Assembly: GCA_965644295.1 (NCBI GenBank)
Contig: CBFFRP010000439.1
Location: forward strand, 1-64,000
DNA length: 64,000 nucleotides
DNA from: Paraphysomonas bandaiensis
Lineage: Eukaryota; Protista; Chrysophyceae
Direction of reading: 5' to 3'
Position 1 is the stretch's first letter; every line of letters begins with the position of its first letter. The translations under genes and the position numbers were made by a program. Shown here one piece after another: positions 37,701-47,218 of this stretch. A model generated the notes under the pieces. That model did no database searches. It was not told where the DNA came from and worked only from the letters and a program-made list of their open reading frames with translations.

Positions 37701-39927
37701 ATCCTTCTTTGACAAGTTGGGTCTCTACCATGTCCTTCATACACTTTAACACTTCACTCCCAGTCTTGTTTTTCAACCCATAAGCCCATACATGTTTTGC
37801 ATCACTGTGCTTGAATAGTAACACATGTTTGTAGCCTTCCATCGATGGCGTGTTTAGGACTTCCATCGTATCTGCACTGAGCACCCCTCTCTCCTTTGGG
37901 TTGTTGTCTAAGTTCATCAACTGGCGTGGAGTCCTGAAGTTCTTTCTCGTGAGTTTCGATCGCATGCAGGTATTACATTTGCATATCGTTTTTTTGTGTT
38001 TTTTTCTGAAATATTTCTTGTCCAGATTTATTCCATCAACTAGGCCTCGGCGGTCGGACTCAGTCAGTTTATCATAGTTGACATGGCCAAGTCTTTTGTG
38101 CCATAGAATTCGCTGGTCATCAAACCCCTGCTCCTCAAGTGCTGCTGAGGATTCTTCTCCAAGCTGAAGTAAGTCTTCGAGTCGAACTGGATATAATCCA
38201 TTAACACTTCTCTGTCTAATGAGTGTCTTGTTCGTAGTCTTATTTCGAATGACGACTTCATCATTATCGAACGTCACAACACAACCCCTATCTGTGATGC
38301 TCTTCATATCTACGAGGTTCTTACTTGCTTCAGGTGCGTAGTACACCTTTTTAAAGCTTCCTACATCGCCAACACTGTGTATTGACAGTTTACCTTTGTT
38401 CGCTGTGGACATCTGCCTATCAGCGCGCTGAAGGTTGGTCATGTGGTTTTTGGAGGTAAGGATCATCTTGTTGCACCCGCTGTCTAAATAAATAACATCT
38501 GACATGCTCTGTGCTAGATTCACCTCTTCTTCCACACATATCATCGATTCGTATCCCGCTTCATCTTCTGAATCATGTACAGACACTCGCGGTTTCTTCT
38601 TGTTCTTGTAGGGTGCCGTTTCCCTTCTAGAGTCTCGCCCCCGTTTAGAACTGACCACTGCAGCTTTAGCAGTCTTCAAGTGGAAGCAGTCTTTAGTCTG
38701 ATGGCCTGGGATGTCACATATCTCACACACAGGTAGCTTTGTTTTGTTATCACCCCTGTTTCTGTGATCTCTATCTTTTCTCTGTGATCTTGTCCCCTTC
38801 ATCCTCTTTATGACATGCTCTGGAGTCTTGCACTCCCTAGCAAAGTGGCCAAGTTTCTTGCACTTATTGCATCTGCCCTTTCTCTTGTGCTCTTTCCATT
38901 TACTGTCATCCACTGCTTGATTGACACTGTCTTCCCCTGAATTTTGCAACGCATGCTTGCCGAATGATGTGTTTTCATACCCTTTGATTAGGCTGCTTGC
39001 TCTTGCGTATGTCACATCGTTTGCTGTATACAGGCTGTGTGCTAGTTGGGAATATCTCTTGTCTGTGAGACCTTCCTTTAGTCGAGTGAGCTTGTCGTCT
39101 TCCGTGACTTCACGACCTAGATTCTCGAGAATCTTGGCCTGGGCTTCAACGCTGTCGACGAACTCTGCTCCTGACTGACTTGAGGTAATCTTCATTGAAT
39201 TGAACTTTGTGACCTCTGCCTGTACTGTATTCTTTTCAACATTGAGAAATCTCTCTTCCAGTGCCTGTAGTAACCCTTTTGCTGTACTTCCTTCGTAGAG
39301 AGCCGCTGTTGTGCCTGCTTTTGGGTGAGCATTGCACACTTCCATCAGGAAGGAGTACGCGGTCTCGTTCCGGGTGTTCCAGAGTTTCTTCGCTTTGCGT
39401 AGTCGCTTCTTCTGTGCATCAGTCATATGAGCTCCCGCTGGGACTGTAGAGTCTAGATCATGAATGTGCCTTGGTTTATCCTTTGAGAGGACAAGATGAG
39501 CTCGATTGTGTCTCATGAGGAATGAGGTGAAGAACTTCTTGAATTTCTTGAAGTTCAGTTCCTCGAAGGGAGGTACCTTTGAGCCTGAGGCGACATTCGT
39601 GAAATTTCCATCCGCTGCCATATTAATTTACGCTTTTAGTTAGTGCAATATTGACTGATTGATATTATAGGAGATATAGTAAGTTTATGATGTTGTAGCC
39701 CTGTGAGTTAGGAACCACGTCATTCACCAACATCAACATTCTGTTCTACAAATCATATCTTTAACAGCTACTATATTTTCAGTTTCTTTGTATACTTGTA
39801 ATAGCTACTCCTATACTGTAGTCATGTATATTCTGTATTTCATTGCTACATAGAATACAGGATAACTACTAGCGATTGACTTTACCAAACTTCAAGTACG
39901 CACGTAGGAGTTGGTTGTAGTTCAATA
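34749..39927 (-). mobile_element. Intact Ty1/Copia LTR retrotransposon
   Basis: 307-bp LTRs at 34749-35055 and 39621-39927, identical by eye; 5-bp TSD CAGAA at 34744-34748 and 39928-39932; PPT GAGTGGGAG. Confidence 0.97.
35104..39621 (-). CDS. Copia Gag-Pol polyprotein, 1505 aa, single ORF
   Basis: Two CCHC knuckles, protease LDSG, WHKRLGH..CNTC, integrase core, RT YVDD and RNase H DADWA, in PR-IN-RT-RH order. Confidence 0.97.
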   Translation of the reverse strand: MAADGNFTNVASGSKVPPFEELNFKKFKKFFTSFLMRHNRAHLVLSKDKPRHIHDLDSTVPAGAHMTDAQKKRLRKAKKLWNTRNETAYSFLMEVCNAHPKAGTTAALYEGSTAKGLLQALEERFLNVEKNTVQAEVTKFNSMKITSSQSGAEFVDSVEAQAKILENLGREVTEDDKLTRLKEGLTDKRYSQLAHSLYTANDVTYARASSLIKGYENTSFGKHALQNSGEDSVNQAVDDSKWKEHKRKGRCNKCKKLGHFARECKTPEHVIKRMKGTRSQRKDRDHRNRGDNKTKLPVCEICDIPGHQTKDCFHLKTAKAAVVSSKRGRDSRRETAPYKNKKKPRVSVHDSEDEAGYESMICVEEEVNLAQSMSDVIYLDSGCNKMILTSKNHMTNLQRADRQMSTANKGKLSIHSVGDVGSFKKVYYAPEASKNLVDMKSITDRGCVVTFDNDEVVIRNKTTNKTLIRQRSVNGLYPVRLEDLLQLGEESSAALEEQGFDDQRILWHKRLGHVNYDKLTESDRRGLVDGINLDKKYFRKKHKKTICKCNTCMRSKLTRKNFRTPRQLMNLDNNPKERGVLSADTMEVLNTPSMEGYKHVLLFKHSDAKHVWAYGLKNKTGSEVLKCMKDMVETQLVKEGLQLRRYHADGAGELVGQHVRQYLRETTSTRTVQVTWTPRDTPEMNSLSERTNRTVKEMALAILLDSGMPSVFWFKAVLHAVYLINRLPTKTTKGYISPFEYITGTAPDVSDLKIWGCKAWAIVPKEQRRKEWKEKGKPGYYMGQCQQPVGHQIYIPDLNAIIVAVNAQFDESIPERSQEYFDEIDNLQIDTSETAESVNDYQYLVGLRHLDGHLCYVTTRVIERRGVIVAYRRLDMKGNTTEEQTPIHIKDVVKMTHSTKCQTDKFNSLRNELDQTCNDSDNEQRTPDRSNRGASSTGGADRNPRTEKRPRKKRHIVNVGVLGDVSLFLDSSNSTIKEPQTLAEAKKTPQRTYWIEATRKEVHKLERRTCWKIVRRPKHRKIIKSKLVFKVKRDHLGKIKKFKVRLVAKGFTQEQGVDYNETFSPVAKGVSFRLALALALRYNLQLRQLDVETAFPYADLDEDVFMSPPAGIDIPQGCCLKILKSLYGLKQAPRNWHSMLKDSIKAMGYKQCVLDPCLFVLKGTDDNLHMILVYVDDIIVLSSDSRHIEEVISAFKTQYAMQDMGDLKHYLGLTIERHNGQIKLHQSAYAKDVVARFNHLLSEKKRRCKATTPLPPGLKLSKDAKEEETRKQREYVDAFPYQSVIGALMYLAVHTRPDMAYTVNLLSRFTTRPTYAACQAALHTLLYLENTVDQGIIFPNFTDEDPLCVYSDADWAGDLDTCRSTTGYIVYLWGAPIAWQSRLQPTVATSTMEAEYMAAYAAIQEIVWIRGVMTELGIRGFELSKNASPTILNMDSKSAIDLAQNPVNHKRSKHIRIKYHWIREQVGGCIVRLNHVPTAEMTADVMTKALSEKLHYQHVHTMVSH

Positions 39928-41750
39928 CAGAAATCCTGAAGTTAGCAGATGTCAGCAGATATATCAACAATCTGCTTGCTAACTACGTTTGCTTGTGAGA
40001 CAAAAGTACTTGTATCTTGATGACGCACAAACAGCTTTCGTAGAGTTAAATAGTTGGATATCAGAGTTGAGCACTAGTTAGTTAAATTGCAATGATAAAT
40101 TAGTTCTGACTCATTAACACCTATTGCTGATAATAAAACACATTCATTACAGTATATTTTGACTACTCCGACGTCTTCTGTATACATCAATACAAGGCAG
40201 CGCAGACTCACAGCAGGAAACAGTGCAAATAAGATCAGCAATCAGATAGCTGTTTATTCATGCATTTGTTGGTAGACTTCCAAAAACGTTTGGTCGAAAT
40301 ATGATGCCATCGGATATATTATTTTTTATAGATGTTGACAATGCCTTGTACGTTCAATATAGGTTTGATATCACTCTTATTTCAAAAACCATTGTGACAA
40401 TCGTGTGCATAAGATTTGTGGACGGGTAGACGAAAACCGATATGAAGAATTATCTCTCAACAAGGCGAAGGAGAACAACAGAAGCGACAGTAATTGGTTA
40501 TCGTGCCTTTGCCCAGGCGCTGTCGACAACAGAGACCGCAGCACTAGTTGAGGTTCCTGAATCAATATCTTGGTCTGTCATTGAGTGCTTTGGCCTCAGC
40601 AGTGAGGCTATTGACACTCACAGACGCCGTATCCAAAAAGTGAGACGAGAGATCCGACTCACAGTGGAGTATTGCCAGCAAGGTTAGTTGGGCTACAGCT
40701 CCCACAGCAAAAAATTTCGCACTTTTCCCTCTATTCTCCGATATGACACTGAAGTTGTACCTATTATGTTTCCTGTTCATAGCGGTGATAAGGTATAAGT
40801 GCTGGTGATACAGCTTTGGTGAATAGCCCTTATCGGCTGGTTGTATTCGTATGTATGCGGTTGAGCTCGATGTCGACGGCGTTGTTCGAACAATCCTGCA
40901 GTACCAATTGCAATATACAGTTGATGCGGCACGGGTGACTATCAAAATCGTGTTTTACTTATAAAGGATGGCTACCAGAGCATGAAGAAGAGACCAGTAG
41001 TGGTTGTGGGACAAAAAGGAGGAATTGCAAGGGGCACGTACCGATAAAGGTATGTATGATGTTTGTAACTATGTACCTGCCTGTACCTATATCATATCGT
41101 ATACCTAATTTTGGTAATATGGAGAAATCTGCATGAAACGCTGAATAATTCTATCAAAAGTGATCGCCGTATGTGTATGCTAGTATTATATACATACTTG
41201 TGCATGCATTCTATAAGACCATCATCACGCCTATCATGCATCTCACATTATATTATTGCCATGAATATACCACCAACACCATATATGTGACACTTAATAT
41301 TCATTATTGCATACGCTCCACACATTCCACATATAGGCATACCTGCATTGGCACTGATTCTCTATCATGCACATCCATCCGTTGCACTATCCACATGTCT
41401 ATGCGTATTATCATCAGCATGCTGTAGCATAGTGTACATGTGCTTGCTCTGGATCCATGTCTTGTCATAACACTTATGCATGTGAATATGATGGATGTGC
41501 GTGCATAGCATACGTATGCAATGTGTTTCCTGAGGCTATCGGTGCACTGTGTAGTCCTCATTTTCCATTGAAGTGTGCTGGACCATACTCACTGCGATTC
41601 GTGCTGATTGGAGTGCAAACTCGCTGGTCAAGTGGACAAGTGGACAGTGCAGTGAAGGACGCGATGGTTTCAACCGTAGTGGGTCAACACACATCTCAAG
41701 TGCTGCACTGGCCTCTGTATTTTATGTATTATTTGGAATACTGCTTTGTC

Positions 41751-42012
41751 TATACCTGCATATGTCTACCTGTACACTGTACCTGTATATACCTGCATAT
41801 GTCTACCTGTACACTGTACCTGTATATACCTGCATATGTCTACCTGTACACTGTACCTGTATATACCTGCATATGTCTACCTGTACACTGTACCTGTATA
41901 TACCTGCATATGTCTACCTGTACACTGTACCTGTATATACCTGCATATGTCTACCTGTACACTGTACCTGTATATACCTGCATATGTCTACCTGTACACT
42001 GTACCTGTATAT
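41751..42012. repeat. 37-bp minisatellite, 7 copies, upstream of the DTW gene
   Basis: Perfect tandem copies of ATACCTGCATATGTCTACCTGTACACTGTACCTGTAT. Confidence 0.95.
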
Positions 42013-42118
42013 GTATACCTGTCCCTGCTGTATATACAGGGACGTATGTTTAGCTCATGTGCTGTGCACTCTCAGGCTGCTGTGGACCGTGTGAGCCACT
42101 GAGAGAGTGTGTATCGGT

Positions 42119-43215
42119 ATGGATATAAGCAGGCACCATGATCTCACTCTTCGCGCCTACTATCGCTCTATGTATGAGTGGGAGAGATCAGTGGAAGGGA
42201 GGAGCAGCAGGTGCAGGGAGTGCTGGTTGAGGCCTCAGGACTGCTTCTGCGGCCCCCTCCGCACCCGCCGCGACCTCTACAGGACTCTGCAGAGGGAGAG
42301 GAAGGGAGAGGATGTGCCTGTGACTGTGACTGTCACCGTGTACTATCACTATCAAGAGGTGGGGCGCAGCGCGAACACCCTCCACATACTGCCCGTGCTG
42401 TGCCCGGAGACCTGTGAGACTTTAGTGTTCGGGGATGTGAAGGGAGAGGAGGCCCTCGTGCAAAGGATAGCGGACGAGCAGGATCAGGAGAGGGTTAGGA
42501 CCTGCGTTCTCTACCCCTCAGAGGACAGCGTCTCCCTGGCGGAGTGGATGGAAACTAACGCACTGTCGCCACTGACCCAGACAGAGGGAGAGAGACCCCA
42601 CAAGCGAAGTAGCAGTGATATGAGCATTAATATGGTTGTACTCGACGGAACATACTCGCACGCTCGAAGACAGGTGTTCTGCATTAGTAGTCGTAGTAGT
42701 GGTATCTAACAGCACTACAGATGAAGCATCTTCGGCAGTGTTTGTGCAGGGTCGGGCAGAAGCGTGGGAAAGAATACAAATTACCTGTGGTACGGCTGGA
42801 CTTGGAGGCTGGACAGTGTGCCTCTGCTATTATAGGGGTCATGCGTCAACCGTCTGGAGATAAGATATGCTCACTTCAGGCTGTTGTCATGGCTATGCGA
42901 CAGGCTGGAGTGGATGAGGCTGTATGTGGGGCGCTGGAGGAAGATCTATCCCAATGGCTGGCTCATATTCTTGAAAGTAAAATTAAATTTGGAAAAGGCC
43001 GGATCCAAGTGCCTAAAGTGGGTGAGCGTCTTGGGGACCCAGCTCGCTACCAGCCCATTGACTCTGTGGCCCGCTTTCTCCAGGTAAGGCGAGGTCACCA
43101 GGAGAAAAATATTAGTGTATCACTTCCTGTATCAATAGGCGTCTGAGGGTAATCCTAGCATGACACATACTCCTCTCGTTGGTGACCGCAGCTGTGTGAT
43201 TGGGGTATTCTCTGA
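42119..43215 (+). CDS. DTW-domain protein (TapT/DTWD2-like tRNA aminocarboxypropyltransferase family); 3' end uncertain
   Basis: CRECWL..CFC, HYQE..SANT, VLYP, VVLDGTY, ICSLQA. Confidence 0.8.
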
Positions 43216-43751
43216 ACGACCCCTGCATCCTCCACCTCGGCTGCGCGCCATGCTGATTCTTCAACCCACCTACAGGTTTTCGGTGTTGGCCGTAGCTGGT
43301 GGCGGTACTGATGGGAGTCGCAAGGGTCGCAAGAGACAGGCTAAAATGTGCAGACAAGTAACGATTACGCCAACATGCGATACGGATCTAGATACAAATG
43401 TGCAGCAGCACCCACACCTGGACACTGTTAGGATTAGCCACTGCCGCTGCAGCTCTGAGTGATATTAATTATAGACATTATATATAGCCACATGTAGTGA
43501 ATTTTATTGGTGTACAATACATATGCAACGCGAAGTAAGGCATTCAGTAAATAAACGACTTAAACGACGCAAGATTGATGATTGTAAAGCTAGGTAAAGA
43601 TTGATGATTGTAATCATAATTCAATAATAACCATGGATTACCGATATCGCAAGAATTTGCAAGTGATAAGCATATACAGGGCAATCTGCTTTCGATTATT
43701 ACGCCCTAACCATACTTTGCAATGTGACACATTGTTTAATAAATAGGATAT

Positions 43752-44831
43752 TTACACTAATTTCATATCTTCGGAATACTTGTTGAACGAATAACTCTCA
43801 TAGCAGACACCCCTCGTCAGAATGAATTGTGGCACAATGCAATTTCCAGTACTTCTCACCCTCAAATCAAAATTCGTATACATATCCCGAGGTGTCTCAC
43901 ACAGGTACCTATATGCAATGCACAGAACGAGAAAAAGTCAAGAAAAGAGGCATATACTTGGCAAACTTTATGCTTACTGGTCATGATGCGGGTGATGCAT
44001 GCAATAATGATGTTTCCCAGACTCTTCGTCGGACACGCCTTGTAGGAGAAAGAGCTCAGCGTGATTCCGGTCCCAAATCTTGTTCGACAACTTCTCGGTA
44101 CTTCTAATCCATTCACCTGTTGCCCACCAGAAATTGCCACTGTAATGCCACACACCCATTCCGTCCTTCTGCTTTCCTACTCCGCAGGTGCTGTAACCAT
44201 ACACTGTCAATGCAAGCAAGCACACTTGAAAGCGCTCAACAAGGAAGTACGTCATGTATCGCCGCCAATCTGAGGTGCTCTGGGTATCGTGAGTGATGCC
44301 CTTCGTATGCAAATACAAATATAGAGTGTCCTTTGGAGCTGCATCTGCAAAGTGCTGCATAAATGAAAGGGTGGCAAACTCTCCCTCAGCGCCATGGAGC
44401 GGCTCGATAACTCGCCCTCTCCCACCGGTGAATTTCCTAAACAAACGATGAGACACACACACCTCCGTGGTGCTCCCCGTGAAGGTGGCGTATAGGTCGG
44501 CTACATCTATAGCGCCACTGTGGCTGAGAGTTTCCAGCAGCTCATATAACACAGACAGAGAGAGCTCGCTGCTGCCGGTCTCACGCGAGGGGAATCCTGC
44601 ATGCAAAAACACCACCACTCTGCTAGATAAATCCACCGAACCACTCCGAATACTTTGAATGGACAGAGAGGGAGACAGAGGGGGGAGGAAGGGAGATGCG
44701 GGGGATGAGCATAGTCGGAGATCTTCTCTCACTGCTCCTCTATCACTGACACTAACATAGCCATCAGCACCAGCACGTGACACGCATACCGACAGCATCA
44801 GCGACAGGGACACGAGCAGCCATCGAAACAT
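43752..44831 (-). CDS. Secreted or membrane-anchored protein with YLHTKG / WRRYM / HYSGNFWW motifs (putatively glycosyltransferase-like)
   Basis: Signal-peptide-like N-terminus, a 285-aa first exon, and one 3' intron (..HHDQ|YLCETP..MKLV*). Confidence 0.7.
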
Positions 44832-45331
44832 CAGTCCTAATGCACTTGGATGAGAATGAGACCAACGGGAAGGTATGACTGACAGCAGCGCAAGGACAGG
44901 ACCATGCCTTACTATGGTATTGAGATCACGCGTGTGACAGTCACAGTGACTGATCTGCCCGCAGGCAGGCTGTACCTCGAGACCTCGACATACGCACAGC
45001 AGTACTGCTCTATCGTACTGCTGTATAGACTACGTCGTACCGGATAAGGTATAGAACTACTGTATGGAAGTACGCTATAGTACTGCTGTACAGTACTTCT
45101 ATATAGAACTTGCATACTACTGCATCGTGCTCTGTATAGAACTACTGTATGGAAGTGGAAGTACAGAGTATTACTGCTGTACAGTACTGTTGTACAGTAT
45201 GCTGCTGTATAGCAGTACGGATAGGAGGGCAGAGGAGGATCCTGGCTGTTATTACAAGCAGCTGAACTCAGCGTCATGTGGAGGGATATGGATGGAGGAT
45301 TACTGTTCTCTGGATCAGTCATTATCAGCGC

Positions 45332-45709
45332 ATGTGTGAGGAGTGTGTACAGGACGGACCGCAGTCTGTCTCTGTCTCCTTCGTCTCTGCTGCTGGTACA
45401 GTCTGTTTGTAAGACTGACACTGACGACAGCACAGCAAACAGCGATAGCGGGAACTGCCAAGCAGACATCGCCAGGAATGACTCAGAGTTCTCGTTAGGT
45501 GACAGAGTGTGGATGTGCTGATGTGCATGGTATGCTAATAGTCTTCAGGTATGAGTCGATCCAAGTCACTGGCTGAGATCGCCCAGTACAACTACAGCTC
45601 CATGGGCCTCTGCTCCGGCGGTAAAATCACTATCGAAATTCTGAAATTTTGTGGTAGTGCTGTTGTTATAGTGGGGATTTGTTGGCGAGTTTTGGAAGCG
45701 ACGAAATGA
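45332..45709 (+). CDS. Possible small 4-exon hypothetical protein (~80 aa)
   Basis: Short exons join in frame over three GT-AG introns; no recognisable motif. Confidence 0.3.
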
Positions 45710-46199
45710 TTTGTTTCGACTGAGTGACACGCACCAGGATCATGATATTTGGAAGTACATTTCGCGCTTTATTGCTTAGTTATTATCGATTAACTGAGCA
45801 ATTGTAGTTATCTAGCCACCCTTTGTTGTTGGAAGCACGATGTATAGCATGCAGTGTGATGTGTGAATTGAATCCTGGGTTATCCGTTCATGTATATAGT
45901 TTACTTCAAATTATATGGAAGAATATATGAGCTAATAAATTGTATTGATTACCTAGTCAATTAAAAAATACTTTCTAATGTCACTTTTCTGAGGATTCGC
46001 ATCGAAGCCCGCGTCATTCATTATTATAACTAGTAGAATTTGAGGACAGGAGGTATGGAATAGGTTTATAGTTTATATTTCGTGAGTCACCGATGGTTGC
46101 TTATAGTTTAATGATGCTATTCACCGGTAGTTGAAACTAGAGGTTTTATATACGAGGGACACTGAAAAGTGCTTACAGAAGTGGCAGAATAAGACACTG

Positions 46200-46560
46200 T
46201 ATCTTGCAGTTGGTGCGTTTCCCAATCGGATGGAATGATCAAACTGCACAAATATAACAGTTATCCGATGTTGAGTTCTGCAATATGATGTGATATATAT
46301 TGTGCAATTGAAGTGAGTTAATAGTGTGCAATAGGTAAAGTCAACATAGGTGTAACGGGTGATTATAGTTACAAAGGAATTAAATTCAGTTACTGATGTG
46401 TGACTATACAAGATATAGAACTGACTGATGAACATATGATAAACAGATGTTGCTAAGAACAGATGTTTCAACATATGTAGTGAAATGTCCAATTCGAACA
46501 TCCGATGCGCAAAAAAAGTACGTACTTCGCACTGGAAGTGCCACGGTGTAATAGTATCTA
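46200..46560 (-). pseudogene. Partial duplicate of an exon-intron-exon junction from the neighbouring PHTF-like gene
   Basis: GTACGTACTTCGCACTGGAAGTGCCACG at ~46518 and ~48131; CCCAATCGGATGG..CAAACTGCACAAAT at ~46221 and ~48061. Confidence 0.7.
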
Positions 46561-46784
46561 TTGAAAATTTTGTTATTGAAATGTGATCCCAACTTTGTGT
46601 TGCAACAGTTATGGCAGCCTGATTTAGTCTAAAATAAATACATGTTTTTGCACCGGAATCAAGCTTCTGGAACAGTGTGTTGTCGTTCATATTAGAAACG
46701 CATTCTACAAATGACTGAAACAAGTTTTTTATATCAGCATATATGATTAGTTCATCCTGAGCGTACACCTTCTATATTATCGAG

Positions 46785-46851
46785 TAGCAAATGTCTTATT
46801 ATTAGCAACAGGCGTTTAAGAGTCAGAACTAATTTATCATTGCAATTTAAC
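46785..46851 (-). mobile_element. 5'-truncated retroposon tail
   Basis: AATGTCTTATTATTAGCAACAGGCGTTTAAGAGTCAGAACTAATTTATCATTGCAATTTAAC is close to the reverse complement of ~40081-40149. Confidence 0.8.
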
Positions 46852-47218
46852 ATACTTGTGACTTATTAATTGACAGATGCGTTGAATAAAAAATGATAGA
46901 AGAGTAGAATAATAGACCCCTTCTATTATAGCATCAACTTCTTCATGCCATTATCAGCTCGTCTATCATCATTTTTATTCATCCCACCGCTCGTACACTG
47001 ACCGAATTCCGGAACGTATTACTTCCAAAAATCGGTAATAGCTTGCATGGTTGATTAGTTGTACTCTTATATTCCTTAACCATATCTTCATATTATACCA
47101 ACATAGCTACTACTGCATTACGGCAGCGACGAAAATATTATCAAAAGTACAATACAACACATCGCAACAGGTTCAAAAGGTCGCCTTGCTGATGTTGTCG
47201 CTGGCTACAGTATGCCAG

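Larger units (their letters stand above)
34599..40149 (+). mobile_element. Ribozyme-headed retroposon copy split by the Copia element
   Basis: Head 34599-34748 (CCTCAACAAAGTCGGACTCGCACC..) and tail 39933-40149 (..CCTATTGCTGATAATAAAACACATTCATTA). Confidence 0.82.

Noticed and set aside
39600-39927. Tf1-like self-priming of the Copia
   Set aside because: No LTR sequence complementary to TGGCAGCGG was seen.
40280-41050. Possible gene or TE remnant (short frames, e.g. YFKNHCDNRVH)
   Set aside because: The frames are broken and there is no recognisable domain or consistent splice model.
46884-46980. Imperfect inverted repeat, possible MITE
   Set aside because: AT-rich and degenerate, with no TSD found.
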